Source of the DNA: Balanoglossus misakiensis
Lineage: Eukaryota; Animalia; Hemichordata
Length of the DNA stretch: 64,000 bases
Assembly: GCA_040954595.2 (NCBI GenBank)
Contig: CM082580.2
Location: 3,276,783 to 3,340,782, forward strand
Direction: 5' to 3'
Shown: positions 24,901 to 39,900 of the stretch, in pieces
Numbering within the stretch: position 1 is the stretch's first letter
How the letters are laid out: every line of letters starts with the position of its first letter
Notes under the pieces: model-generated
Seen by the model: only the letters and a program-made list of their open reading frames with translations
Databases searched by the model: none
What the model was told of the DNA's origin: nothing
Position numbers and translations under genes: made by a program

Positions 24901-27900
24901 TCTTCTCACTATCAATCAATTTGTCAACAGTTGAACAACACATGTTACATAAATATGATATTATGAGTATCAGTTTGACATTGTACAATATGTGATTGAG
25001 CTGACAACACCCACTTAGAGCCATATCAACTCTCTTCAACTTATCAGCTCGACATAAAGGCATAAAGTTCAGCTGTGAATCTTTTTCTTAATGACAGCTA
25101 GCTAGTGCTTAAAATGGACATTATATAATAGCTGTTTTTTTTAACTTTGACATTTCCAACAACTATACATGTTCTTCTCACTATCGATCAATTTATCAAC
25201 AGTTGAACAACACATGTTACAATGAGCTTGACATTGTACGGTATGTGAATGAACTGACAACACCAACCTAGAGCCATATCGATTCTCTTCAACTGATCAG
25301 CTCGACTTGCAACCAATATCACCACTGGTTTCTTGTATCTTTCACCGGGCTGATCAAATGAATACTTGTCCATTTGGGTTGTTCCTTTCAGAAACCGCAA
25401 CCAAAACAAAATCTATAAATGAGAATATTTGTATAATGAAATGTTAAATTATTTTTGAGGCAAAGTTAAAGGGATCATGAATGTGAGATTATAGTTCAAG
25501 AATTGATATTTTGGGAATTGTCAGTTTCTTCTGTCTTGGGGTATGGAAAATGATAAATGATGCAATACATATGGACTTCCAGTCTCATGCATGTTTAGTA
25601 AATTTTTAGTGAAGATTCTTACCCGTGGGAACACACCTTCAAAGGTGTTGAGTTGACCATTCTTGTCTGTAGCTTTGAACACCAATATGGAGACAGCATT
25701 GGGTGCTCCCAGAAACATGTTATGAGTGACGTAATACTCAGCCTGGCCAGCAAAATCCCAAACACTGGCATTTCCTACATCAGGAATATGAACACTTTGG
25801 ACATCAATACCGGGTGTGGGAATATGTTCACTTTCCTCCCATACCAGTGTTGTTTCTCCAGTCTTTGATATAGGGAGAGTGAAAGAAGAAAAATTGTAGT
25901 TATTTTAAAAGTTTCCCATTTTATGTGTGACCATACTTGTGAATTATAAAATTGTACAAAACTTCTAAATGGAAAGTGCACAATATGCTTGCAAAGTGGT
26001 TGCAATATCACTGTTCAATAGTATAAAAGCAATATACAAAAGCATAGCTGCAGGCACTGTGTGACTGTGGAAAAATGAAAAAGCAATGACGTGTTTATCC
26101 TGTGAACTTCCATAATGCCAGCACTACAATAACTTCACAAAACAATGAAATTTCATCAACCATACGTAGATTTAACTTTCCATCATTCACCTGTTCTACA
26201 GCAGTTTCCTAATATGCAATTATACAATTAATAAATATCAACATACCCTCTGAAGTGACTTCAACAGTGTAGTCTTACCAACTCCACCATCTCCAGCCAA
26301 GAACAACTTAAAAGTGTCACATTCCATACCTGATTCCTTCATCAGGTCAATGAACTCATCTCGTTTCTTGTTAAATAAAGAAATCAGAAAATACATGTAA
26401 CAAATTATCACATTGATATTTAATTATGGACACTCTTAATGCAGGGTACATAAGAATTTGCAGATTTCAGGTTATAAATTATTCAAATTCAAAAATTACA
26501 CTCACCCTAATGTAATCCAATAGCACATCCTTAACATAGCTCCTTACAGCAACATCAAGTGGTGTCTGTCCAGTCTAAGTTATATTGGAATAAAAGAAGT
26601 AACTATCAAATATGATGTCGATATTGATAAAATAATACTTTTATTAATATACTGTAACAACAGGTAACCAAATTTCAATTTCCCCCAAAATTTAACTCAA
26701 TTTTAATTTCAACTTTTTCATACAGAGAATGACCATATTCAATAGTAAACAAAACTTTCACCCAATTAATTTGATTAGCCGATAGCTTCTGTGACATTGA
26801 AACTTTTACAAATGCCAAATAATTTTGAATGATACCATCATATTTCTAGTATGTAGCCAAAACCAAAGAAATGAACAAATGCAGTGAGAGATCAAAAGGA
26901 AAATAAAGGGTATCATCATAATTTATCAAAAATAAATACTGGTTTCCTGTCTCAATAACATTTCAGAGCGCCGATCAAAACTATAAGAAAGTCTTAGGAT
27001 TGGCATCAACATGTCGAGTCTAAGGAACATGCATTACATCTTTCCAAACGCCATGGCTGAGGATATTCGTATATGCCCTACTCCAATTTATCAAAACTAC
27101 AATGGATTGGGAACGTACGTACTATATGCTGAATATATTGCAATTTGCATCAACTTCATATTGCATTATGAGTGTTTTGTTGAAACATTTGGATAAAATT
27201 GTACAGTCGTACAAACTGAATTTCAAATTCAATGCTTGTGAAGATTTAACTTTAAAATGGGAGTTAAACAGAACGCATGATGTCAGTTTTAATGGAATAA
27301 AAAATTGCAATAAGCAATAGAAGATTGTACCTTATTTTTGCAGTCAATATCAGCTCCATATTGCAGCAACAGTTTCACAATTTTTCCATAATCCAGCCTC
27401 CAAGTGCTTGTACCCATTGCTGCCATGTGGAGTGCTGTGTTGCCATCCTTTGCAAGAAACAAAAGTAAGTACTTCATGTAAGAGATACAGCAAGATAGGG
27501 ACTGGGTGCCGCAAAACATACCTGTACTACCAACTTATATATTGCCTGATGAGGAAACCATAGTTGTTAGTGGTTGGTATCTCCTCTAAATACATGTCGG
27601 CTGTAAAAGATGAACTGAAAGAGTAACATAAAACTGTCACCATATCTTCTTTACAATAATGATCCCCACTCAAATGTCTTCTAAACAAACTTGATATGTT
27701 GAATGAAAATGACTATGAATACATCAACAGTTTGATTTGAGTTTCAATAACAATCAGACACGGTATTCATTGCTGCATATTGTAAAGGTGTCCATACTTT
27801 CAGTAATGAAAGATTTCTACAGTATATAAGCGTCAATTTCATGAAGGGTTTCCCTATATCAAAAAAATAAATAAACATAAAAATAAACAAACAAACAGTC

Positions 27901-30900
27901 ATGTATTTATATCTGCATTGGTATTTACCTTGTTTTGTATGTTAGCATCAGCTTTGTGTTCCAATAACAATCTGACACGGCCTTCATCACCATTCCTTGC
28001 TGCAAAGTGTAAAGGGGTGTCTCCATCCTGTAAGTAATAAAGGAGGAGAATGAGAATAATGTCACAAAAATTAAAATGTTCTGTGAGGTCTCCGTAAATA
28101 AACAAAACAAAAAAACAAACACACAAAGTAATGTTTGTATGTTGATTAGAATTAACCTGTAGAAGTGAGGTTGGTATTTACCTTATTTTGTATGGTTACA
28201 TCAGCTTTGTGTTCCAATAACAATCTGACACACCCTTCATCATTGGACCTTGCTGCTGCAAAGTGCAAAGGTGTTTCTCCATCCTGTAAGTAATGAAGGA
28301 GGAGCATGAGAACAATGTCACAAAAATTAATTAAAATGTTCTGTGAGGTCTCCGTAAATAAACAAAACAAAAAAACAAACACACAAAGTAATGTTTGTTT
28401 GTTGATTAGAATTAACCTGTAGAAGTGAGGTTGGTATTTACCTTATTTTGTATGGTTACATCAGCTTTGTGTTCCAATAACAATCTGACACACCCTTCAT
28501 CATTGGACCTTGCTGCTGCAAAGTGCAAAGGTGTTTCTCCATCCTGTAAGTAATGAAGGAGGAGCATGAGAACAATGTCACAAAAATTAAAATGTTCTGT
28601 GATGTCTCCGTAAATAAACAAAACAAAAAAACAAACACACAAAGTAATGTTTGTATGTTGATTAGAATTAACCTGTAGAAGTGAGGTTGGTATTTACCTT
28701 GTTTTGTATGGTTACATCAGCTTTGTGTTCCAATAACAATCTGACACGGCCTTCATCACCATCCCTTGCTGCTGCAAAGTGCAAAGGTGTTTCTCCATCC
28801 TGTAAGTAATGAAGGAGGAGCATGAGAACAATGTCACAAAATTCAAATGTAATGTGAGGTCACCTTAAATAAACAAAACAAACACACATACAAATTTTTG
28901 TATGTTGCTTAGAATTAACCTGTAGAAGTCAGGTTGGTATTTACATGTACCTTGTTTTGTATGTTAACATCAGCTTTGTGTTCCAATAACAATTTTACAT
29001 GGCCTTCCTCACTAGATATTGCAGCTGCAATGTGCAAAGGTGTGATTCCATCCTGTAAGTAATGAAGGAGGAGCATGAGAACAATGTCACAAAATTCAAA
29101 TGTAATGAGAGTTCTCCTTAAATAAACAAAACAAACACACAAACAAATATTTGTATGTTAGTGAGGTTGGTATTTACCTTCTTTTGTATGTTAACATCAG
29201 CTTTGTGTTCCAATAACAATTTCACATGGCCTACATCACTAGATATTGCAGCTGCAATGTGCAAAGGTGTGATTCCATCCTGTAAGTAATGAAGGAGGAG
29301 AATGAGAACAATGTCACAAAAATCGAAATGTAATGTGAGGTCACCATAAATAAACATAACAAACACACATACTAATATTTGTATGTTGATTAGAATTAAC
29401 CTGTAGAAGTCAGGTTGGTATTTACCTTGTTTTTTATGTTAGCATCAGCTTTGTGTTCCAATAATAATCTGACACGGCCTTCATCACTATCCCTTGCTGC
29501 AATGTGCAAAGGTGTGTCTCCATCCTGTAAGTAATGAAGGAGGAGCATGAGAACAATGTCACAAAATTCAAATGTAATGAGAGGTCTCCTTAAATAAACA
29601 AAACAAACACACAAACAAATATTTGTATGTTAGTGAGGTTGGTATTTACCTTCTTTTGTATGTTAACATCAGCTTTGTGTTCCAATAACAATTTCACATG
29701 GCCTACATCACTAGATATTGCAGCTGCAATGTGCAAAGGTGTGATTCCATCCTGTAAGTAATGAAGGAGGAGCATGAGAACAATGTCACAAAAATCGAAA
29801 TGTAATGTGAGGTCACCATAAATAAACATAACAAACACACATACTAATATTTGTATGTTGATTAGAATTAACCTGTAGAAGTCAGGTTGGTATTTACCTT
29901 GTTTTTTATGTTAGCATCAGCTTTGTGTTCCAATAACAATCTGACACAGCCTTCATCATCAGACCTTGCTGCTGCAAAGTGCAAAGGTGTTTCTCCATCC
30001 TGTAAGTAATGAAGGAGGAGCATGAGAACAATGTCACAAAAAATGAAATGTAATGTGAGGTGTCCTTAAATAAACAAAACAAACACACAAACAAATGTTT
30101 GTATGTTGATTAGAATTAACCTGTAGAAGTCAGGTTGGTATTTACCTTGTTTTTTATGTTAGCATCAGCTTTGTGTTCCAATAATAATCTGACACGGCCT
30201 TCATCACTATCCCTTGCTGCAATGTGCAAAGGTGTGTCTCCATCCTGTAAGTAATGAAGGAGGAGCATGAGAACAATGTCACAAAATTCAAATGTAATGA
30301 GAGGTCTCCTTAAATAAACAAAACAAACACACAAACAAATATTTGTATGTTAGTGAGGTTGGTATTTACCTTCTTTTGTATGTTAACATCAGCTTTGTGT
30401 TCCAATAACAATTTCACATGGCCTACATCACTAGATATTGCAGCTGCAATGTGCAAAGGTGTGATTCCATCCTGTAAGTAATGAAGGAGGAGCATGAGAA
30501 CAATGTCACAAAAATCGAAATGTAATGTGAGGTCACCATAAATAAACATAACAAACACACATACTAATATTTGTATGTTGATTAGAATTAACCTGTAGAA
30601 GTCAGGTTGGTATTTACCTTGTTTTTTCTGTTAGCATCAGCTTTGTGTTCCAATAACAATCTGACACAGCCTTCATCATCAGACCTTGCTGCTGCAAAGT
30701 GCAAAGGTGTTTTTCCATCCTGTAAGTAATGAAGGAGGAGCATGAGAACAATGTCACAAAAAATGAAATGTAATGTGAGGTGTCCTTAAATAAACAAAAC
30801 AAACACACAAACAAATGTTTGTATGTTGATTAGAATTAACCTGTAGAAGTCAGGTTGGTATTTACCTCATTTTGTATGTTAGCATCAGCTTTGTGTTCCA

Positions 30901-33900
30901 ATAACAATCTGACACGGCCTTCATCACCATCCCCTGCTGCAAAGTGCAAAGGTGTTTCTCCATCCTGTAAGTAATGAAGGAGGAGCATGAGAACAATGTC
31001 ACAAAAATCGAAATGTAATGTGAGGTCACCATAAATAAACATAACAAACACACATACTAATATTTGTATGTTGATTAGAATTAACCTGTAGAAGTCAGGT
31101 TGGTATTTACCTTGTTTTGTATGTTAGCATCAGCTTTGTGTTCCAATAACAATCTGACACGGCCTTCATCACCATACATTCCTGCTGCAAAGTGCAAAGG
31201 TGTTTCTCCATCCTGTAAGTAATGAAGGAGGAGCATGAGAACAATGTCACAAAAAATGAAATGTAATGTGAGGTGTCCTTAAATAAACAAAACAAACACA
31301 CAAACAAATGTTTGTATGTTGATTAGAATTAACCTGTAGAAGTCAGGTTGGTATTTACCTCATTTTGTATGTTAGCATCAGCTTTGTGTTCCAATAACAA
31401 TCTGACACGGCCTTCATCACCATCCCCTGCTGCAAAGTGCAAAGGTGTTTCTCCATCCTGTAAGTAATGAAGAAGGAGCATGAGAACAATGTCACAAAAT
31501 TCAAATGTAATGTGAGGTCACCATAAATAAACATAACAAACACACATACAAATTTTTGTATGTTGATTAGAATTAACCTGTAGAAGTCAGGTTGGAATTT
31601 ACCTGAATGTTTTGTATGTTAGCATCAGCTTTGTGTTCCAATAACAATCTGACACGGCCTTCATCACCATACATTCCTGCTGCAAAGTGCAAAGGTGTGA
31701 GTCCATCCTGTAAGTAATGAAGGAGGAGCATGAGAACAATGTCACAAAAATTGAAATGTAATGTGAGGTGTCCTTAAATAAACAAAACAAACACACAAAC
31801 AAATGTTTGTATGTTGATTAGAATTAACCTGTAGAAGTCAGGTTGGTATTTACCTCATTTTGTATGTTAGCATCAGCTTTGTGTTCCAATAACAATCTGA
31901 CACGGCCTTCATCACCCTCCCCTGCTGCAAAGTGCAAAGGTGTTTCTCCATCCTGTAAGTAATGAAGGAGGAGCATGAGAACAATGTCACAAAAATTGAA
32001 ATGTAATGTGAGGTCACCATAAATAAACATAACAAACACACATACAAATTTTTGTATGTTGATTAGAATTAACCTGTAGAAGTCATGTTGGTATTTACCT
32101 GAATGCTTTGTATGTTAGCATCAGCTTTGTGTTCCAATAACAATCTGACACGGCCTTCATCACCATACATTCCTGCTGCAAAGTGCAAAGGTGTGAGTCC
32201 ATACTATAAGTAATAAAGGAGAAGCATGAGAACAATGTCACAAAAATTAAAATCAGGGCTTGCGCGCGTTTGATATTTAATTTTTTACATGCAGTGCACG
32301 CAAATAGCCAAAAGAATTGCGTGAAATTGTATTTGAATTATGTGCAACAAAATAGCGATAGACAAGCAGGCTTTCAGATAAGCAACGACTTGAAAGAGTT
32401 CTCGCTTCCTGTCTATGATCACATTCTTTTCAAAAACGGGGTTTTTCGAGCCTTTACTGTCGACAAGACGCGCATATGAGTGAGCCAGAATGCTGCACTC
32501 TGATTGGTCAATTTAGTAGCCACTAGAGGGCAGCGCTCATGAGTCCCCCCCCCCCCCCCCCCCCCCCCCGATGTGCATGCTAACATATGAAAAGCAGGTC
32601 AATGGACACCTGAGGTCACCCAAAAATTTGACAAAAAATTTTCATTCATGTTTATGTCATGTGCAACAAATCCTACATTTGCAGCCCTTTCACTTTGCCT
32701 ACCATTAGGTATGCACGTAATTCTTTACTATCAATCACGTGATCTGGCCATGTGACCAACGGCGTTGTCATTTTCAGATGACGGGCAAGCAATATTTCGG
32801 CATCTAGTAAAAGTTTTTTTCCGAGTATGTTTTTATTTTAGAACCGCCAAACACATAACATGTATCAGGTATGGTGCCTCATCAGCCTCATTGCATTTCG
32901 TCTGCACAGTCTTTGTCTGCACCACGTAAGTCCACGTTGCTGAATTTGCCCGTCATCTAGAAATTTGAATGCGCACGTAACTGCCGTCTGAGCGCGTCTG
33001 ACGTCATTTGATATCGAAGAATACATGAATCAAACAGGTGTCACAGGTATCCCCCTGTATTTGGCATTTCATGATAGTTTCATCCCTCCAAATACCAAAG
33101 CTGCACCTGTACAACGTGCTGAGATATGGCACTGTACGACAGAGGTCATCCAAATCACCTTATACATTTGGGCAAAAACCAACTGACACTTACATTCGTC
33201 CCTGTGGAACAAAAACCACACATATCGCCCTGTTGGTTAGTGTCCAATTAAATGTACAAAATCAATGATTTAGGCAGGTGCAACAGGTGACCCCGCCTTT
33301 GGTATATCATTATGGTCCCATCCGTATATCCCCCCCCCACCCCACGCCATAGCTGCATGCATCTGCTGTTATTCACTAAGCAAAAGTAGGTGAAATGTCA
33401 CATAAAGTCGCCCACAACTTGACAGGAAAATCGGACTTCATATTGATCCATGTGCAACAAATACCACGCTAGCATCCCTTTCATTGACCCCACAATTACG
33501 CATGCACATAATTGAGTTACGCAGGTGTCACAGGTGACCCCCGAATCGGGCGTATTATTTTGGTCCCATACAGCTGCATGAAGCTACGTGCCATTACGGG
33601 CGACCTGATAACCCCCACGGCCACCTGCGGGCCAACCCCCATACTGAACGTCCAGTTGCAACGTCACGACTGAAGTAGGAACTTTTGAACGGCAACGAAG
33701 CCTGATCTCTGATTATTGCTGGTACCATACTCCCTTCGTGCAAGAAAATCACTCGTCTGCTTACGTATTTCGGCCAATTTCCCGAACTACTAACCACTAC
33801 ATGTGACTGCCATGCTAATGAAACCTCCCACAACATTAGCGACTGAGGGTCAAAGTCCGCTGCCGCATTACATTGAATGTTAACCCGTGTAGCCGGGTCT

Positions 33901-36900
33901 GCGTAGACACATTTGAACGGCAACAGCTAACAAACTCAGCGTTATTCAATAAAACGCCCTAACACAGCCTGAACTCTGATAATGTGTTGTCCCAAAATTC
34001 ATTCCGTGGAAAATAATCACTGGTCTGTTTACGTATTTCAGCCGATTTTCCAAGGACTACTGCAACCCGCCAGAAGTGAGTACCCTGCTAATGAGATCTC
34101 CACAACATTACGTAATGACGGTCAAAGTCCGATGCCCCAGTGTTCGTCCTCAGCCCACCAAAAAATGCGAAAAATATTACAAAAATCTTCTTCTCAAAAT
34201 GGACGTGGCCTAGGACCTTGAAATTTGGCACAGGGGATTTTGGCCACATGGTCTACAAAAATCGCGAAAAGAATGTACATGCCCCCATTAACGTGCAAAT
34301 TAGGTCAATTTGAAAATTTCGCTCGATTATAGCCACCAAGTCACGTGACTAATTACAAATTCAAAGGGCAGGTGCACCAGTACTCATGGGCCCCAACCAC
34401 CGTGCCAAGTTTAATAGGCGTCGGTCCAGGGATTTTTGAGAAAAATGGGAGCAAAAAAACGACTCAAGAAGAAAGAAGAAATATAGCTGCAAGCAGCGAT
34501 GACGGGCACAAGCTTAAGCCGAAGGTCAAAGGTCATATGTGGTCACCCAAAATTTGGGCAAAAAGTTCGATCCACCCAAACACAAATGGTGTACCTGTTC
34601 TGGATGCTGAGATATTGGAAAGTAGGTCAAAGGTCACCTGAGGCCACCCGAAAGTTGGGCAAAAAATTTTGACCCCATACTAGTACAGGTGTAAGAAAAA
34701 CCAGACCTCTAGCCCTATTGGTTCGCCTAGAATTAGATATGCACATAATTAATGAGGTTAAGTATAAGGCTCCATTAGGAGTTCCATGCCTCCAAATGCC
34801 AAGGCTGTATCTGCGCTGGTTGCCGAGATATGATAAAGTAGGTCAAAGGTCACCTGAGGTCACGCAAAATCGGGCAAGACATTTTAACCCTATACTGGTC
34901 CATGTTCAACATAAATCAAACCTCTAGCCCTATTGGCTACCCTCGAATTAGGTATGCACATAATTAATGAGGTAAAGTATAAGGCTCCATTAGGAGTTCC
35001 ATGCCTCCAAATGCCAAGGCTGTATCTGCATGGGTTGCCGAGATACGGTAAAGTAGGTCAAAGGTCACCTGAGGTCACCCTAAATTGGGCAAGAAATTTT
35101 AACCCCATACTGGTCCATGTCCCACAAGAACAAAACCTCTAGCCCTAATAGTTAGCCCGGAATTAGGTATGCACATAATTAATGAGTTAAGCAGGTGTTA
35201 CAGGTGAGCCCAAAATGTTGTCTTTTATTTTGGTCCCATTCAGCTCACGGGCCACTAGAATGTCACTGTACAGGACAATTGCACAGACGTGGCCATAGCG
35301 TCATAGCTTAACTATAGAAAGTATAGGCCTATGGCTGGGTCCACAAATATGACAAATAATATTTAATAATCTTCTTCTCACAATAGACTTGGCCCACGGC
35401 CTTGACACTTGACATGTAGGACACTGACCACATGTTCCGCAAAAATTGCTAAAAGAATTTTGATATCTCCATTCATATGCAAATTAGGCCCATTTGAAAA
35501 CTTTGCCCATATATGGTCATCAGGTCACATGACTTATTAAACATTCACGAGGGTACTGCACCAGCTCTCATAGGCCTGCATCACTGTGCCAAGTTTGAGA
35601 TTTGTAGGTTCAGCCGTTTTCAAGATCCTATTGGGCAAAAAAACTACACAAGAAAAAGAAGAGGAATATAGCTGCAAGCAGCGATGACGGGCACAAGCTT
35701 AAGCCGAAGGTCAAAGGTCATATGTGGTCACCCAAAATTTGGGCAAAAAGTTTTGACCCCCATACTAGTCCAGGTCCAACAGAAACCAGACCTCTAGCCC
35801 TATTGGTTTGTCTGAAATTAGATATGCACATAATTAATGATGTAAAGTGTAAGACTCTATCAATAGTTCGATCCCTCCAAACACAAATGCTGTACCTGTT
35901 CTGGATGCCGAGATATAGGAAAGTAGGTCAAAGGTCACCTGAGGCCACCCGAAAGTTGGGCTAAAAATTTTGACCCAATACTAGTCCAGGTCCAACAAAA
36001 ATCAGACCTCTAACCCTATTGGTTCGCCTAGAATTAGATATGCACATAATTAATGAGGTAAAGTATAAGGCTTCATTAGGAGTTCCATGCCTCCAAACGC
36101 CAAGGCTGTATCTGCGCTGGTTGCCGAGATATGGTGAAGTAGGTCAAAGGTCACCTGAGGTCACCCAAAATTGGGCAAGAAATTTTAACCCAATACTGGT
36201 CCATGTTGAACAAAAATCAAACCTGTAGCCCTATTGGCTAGCCTGGAATTAGGTATGCACATAATTAATGAGATCAGCAGGTGTCACAGGTGACCCCCAA
36301 TTTTGTCTTTTCAATTTTAGTCACAACCCTCCAAACGCCAAGTCTGTACCTGCTGTGGATGCCGAGATATAGGAAAGTAGGTCAAAGGTCACCTGAGGTC
36401 ACCCAAAATTTGGGCAACATTTTTTGATCCCATACTGGTCCATGTCCCACAAGAACAAAACCTCTAGCCGTATTAGTTAGCATGGAATTAGGTATGCACA
36501 TAATTAATGAGTTAAGCAGGTGTTACAGGTGAGCCCGAAATTTTGCCTTTTAATGTGGTCCCATTCTGCTCACTGGCCAGTAGACAGTCACTGTACAGGA
36601 CCATTGCACAGACGTGTACATGGCGTCATAGCTTAACTATAGAAAGTATAGGCCCATGGCTGTGTCCAAAAATATGAAAACTACTAATATTTACAAGTCT
36701 TCTTCTCAAAATAGACTTGGCCCACGGCCTTGATATTTGGCATGTAGGACACTGATCACATGGTCCACAAAAGTTGCTAAAAGAATTTCGATATCTCCAT
36801 TCATATGCAAATTAGGCCCATTTGAAAACTTTGCCCATATATGGTCATCAGGTCATGTGACTAATTAAACATTCACGAGGGTACTGCACGAGCTCTCATA

Positions 36901-39900
36901 GACCTGCACCCTTGTGCCAAGTTTGAGATTCGTAGGTTCAGCCGTTTCCAAGATCCTAGTTGGCGAAAAAACTGCACAAGAAAAAGAAGTAGAAGAAATA
37001 TAGCTGCAAGCAGCGATGACGGGCACAAGCTTAAGCCAAAGGTCAAAGGTCATATGTGGTCACCCAAAATTTGGGCAAAAAGTTTTGACCCCCATACTAG
37101 TCCAGGTCCAACAGAAACCTGACCTCTAGCCCTATTGGTTTGTCTGACATTAGATATGCACATAATTAATGATGTAAGCAGGTGTCACAGGTGACCCCCA
37201 ATTTTGTCTTTTCAATTTTAGTCACAACCCTCCAAACGCCAAGTCTGTAACTGCTCTGGATGCCGAGATATAGGAAAGTAGGTCAAAGGTCACCTGAGGT
37301 CACCCAGAATTTGGGCAACATTTTTTGATCCCATACTGGTCCATGTCCCACAAGAACGAAACCTCTAGCCGTATTAGTTAGCATGGAATTAGGTATGCAC
37401 ATAATTAATGAGTTAAGCAGGTGTTACAGGTGAGCCCGAAATTTTGCCTTTTAATGTGGTCCCATTCTGCTCACTGGCCAGTAGACAGTCACTGTACAGG
37501 ACCATTGCACAGACGTATACATGGCGTCATAGCTTAACTATAGAAAGTATAGGCCCATGGCTGGGTCCAAAAATATGAAAAACTACTAATATTTACAAGT
37601 CTTCTTCTCAAAATAGACTTGGCCCACGGCCTTGATATTTGGCATGTAGGACACTGATCACATGGTCCACAAAAGTTGCTAAAAGAATTTCGATATCTCC
37701 ATTCATATGCAAATTAGGCCCATTTGAAAACATTGCCCATATATGGTCATCAGGCCACATGACTAATTAAACATTCACGGGGATACTGCACCAGCTCTCA
37801 TAGGCCTGCACCATTGTGCCAAGTTTGAGATTTGTAGGTTCAGCCGTTTTCGAGATCTACCTGAGCAATAAAACTACACAAGAAAAAAAAAAAAATATAG
37901 CTGCAAGCAGCGATGACGGGCACAAGCTTAAGCCGAAGGTAAAAGGTCATATGTGGTCACCCAAAATTTGGGCAAAAAGTTTTGACCCCATACTAGTCCA
38001 GGTCCAACAGAAACCAGACCTCTTGCCCTATTGGTTTGTCTGAAATTAGATATGCGCATAATGAATGATGTAAAGTGTTTGACTCAATTAATAGTTCGAT
38101 CCATCCAAACACAAATGCTGTACCTGTTCTGGATGCCGAGATATAGGAAAGTAGGTCAAAGGTCACCTGAGGCCACCCGAAAGTTAGGCAAAAAAATTTG
38201 ACCCCATACTAGTCCTGGTCCAACAAAAACCAGACCTCTAGCCCTATTGGTTCGCCTAGAATTAGATATGCACATAATTAATGAGGTAAAGTATAAGGCT
38301 CCATTAGGAGTTCCATGCCTCCAAATGCCAAGGCTGTATCTGCGTGGGTTGCCGAGATATGATAAAGTAGGTCAAAGGTCACCTGAGGTCACCCAAAATT
38401 GGGCAAGAAATTTATCCCCATACTGGTCCATGTTCAACAAAAATCAAACCTCTAGCCCTATTGGCTAGCCTGGAATTAGGTATGCACATAATTAATGAGA
38501 TAAGCAGGTGTCACAGGTGACCCCCAATTTTGTCTTTTCAATTTTAGTCACAACCCTCCAAACGCCAAGTCTGTACCTGCTGTGGATGCCGAGATATAGG
38601 AGAGTAGGTCAAAGGTCACCTGAGGTCACCCAAAATTTGGGCAAAAAATTTTGATCCCATACTGGTCCATGTCCCACAAGAACAAAACCTCTAGCCGTAT
38701 TAGTTAGCCTGGAATTAGGTATGCACATAATTAATGAGTTAAGCAGGTGTTACAGGTGACCCCAATATTTTGCCTTTTATCGTGGTCCCGTTCTGCTCAC
38801 GGGCCAATAGAGAGTCACTGAACAGGACCATTGCACAGACGTGGACATAGCGTCATAGCTTAACTATAGAAAGTATAGGCCCATGGCTGGGTCCAAAAAT
38901 ATGAAAAATAAAAACGTCTTCTTCTCAAAATAGACTTGGCCCACGGCCTTGATATTTGGCATGTAGGACACTGATCACATGGTCCACAAAAGTTGCTGAA
39001 AGAATTTTGATATCTCTATTCATATGCAAATTAGGCCCATTTGAAAACTTTGCCCATATATGGTCATCAGGTCACATGACTATATAAACATTCACAGGGG
39101 TACTGCACCAGCTCTCATAGGCCTGCACCATTGTGCCAAGTTTGAGATATGTAGGTTCAGCCATTTTCAAGATCCTGTTGGGCAAAAAAACTACACAAGA
39201 AAAAAAAAAAGATGAAAAACCCCAGTAATACCAATAGGGCACAAGCCAGCTTGGCTTGTGCCCTAAAAAAGATGAAAAACCCCAGTAATACCAATAGGGC
39301 ACAAGCCTGCTTAGCTTGTGCCCTAAATATAGCTGCAAGCAGCGATGACGGGCACAAGCTTAAGCCGAAGGTCAAAGGTCATATGTGGTCACCCAAAATT
39401 TGGGCAAAAAGTTTTGACCCCCATACTAGTCCAGGTCCAACAGAAACCTGACCTCTAGCCCTATTGGTTTGTCTGAAATTAGATATGCACATAATTAATG
39501 ATGTAAAGTGTAAGACTCCATTAATAGTTCGATCCATCCAAACACAAATGCTGTACCTGTTCTGGATGCCAAGATAGCAAAGTAGGTCAAAGGTCACCTG
39601 AGGTCACCCAAAATTTGGGCAAAATTTTTGACCCCATACTGATCCATGTACTACAAGAACAAAACCTCTAGCCCTATTGGTTAGCCTGGAATTAGGTATG
39701 CACATAATTAATGAGATAAGCAGGTGTCACTGGTGACCCCAAATTTTGGCTTTTCAATTTTAGTCCTAACCCTCCAAACGCCAAGTCTTTGCCTGCTCTG
39801 GTTGCCAAGATATGGTAAATTAGGTCAAAGGTCACCTGAGGTCATGCAAAATTTTGGCAAGAAATTTTGAGCCTATACTGGTCCATGTTCAACAAAAATC

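Larger units (their letters stand above)
14475..28130. repeat. Segmental duplication copy 1 (part paralogous to 51991-64000)
   Basis: Colinear identity of ZnF exons, intergenic DNA and Roco exons/introns, starting at ttgaaaattgtcaggatga in both copies. Confidence 0.95.

Noticed and set aside
27544-27580. CTGATGA hammerhead-like core
   Set aside because: No stem II followed by GAAA, and the paralogous site lacks the core.
27929-32203. CRISPR-like look of conserved repeats with variable inserts
   Set aside because: The units are spliceosomal exon+intron cassettes encoding ankyrin repeats in a eukaryotic gene; no cas genes.
32545-32569. Poly-C run
   Set aside because: Simple homopolymer within repeat DNA, length unreliable.
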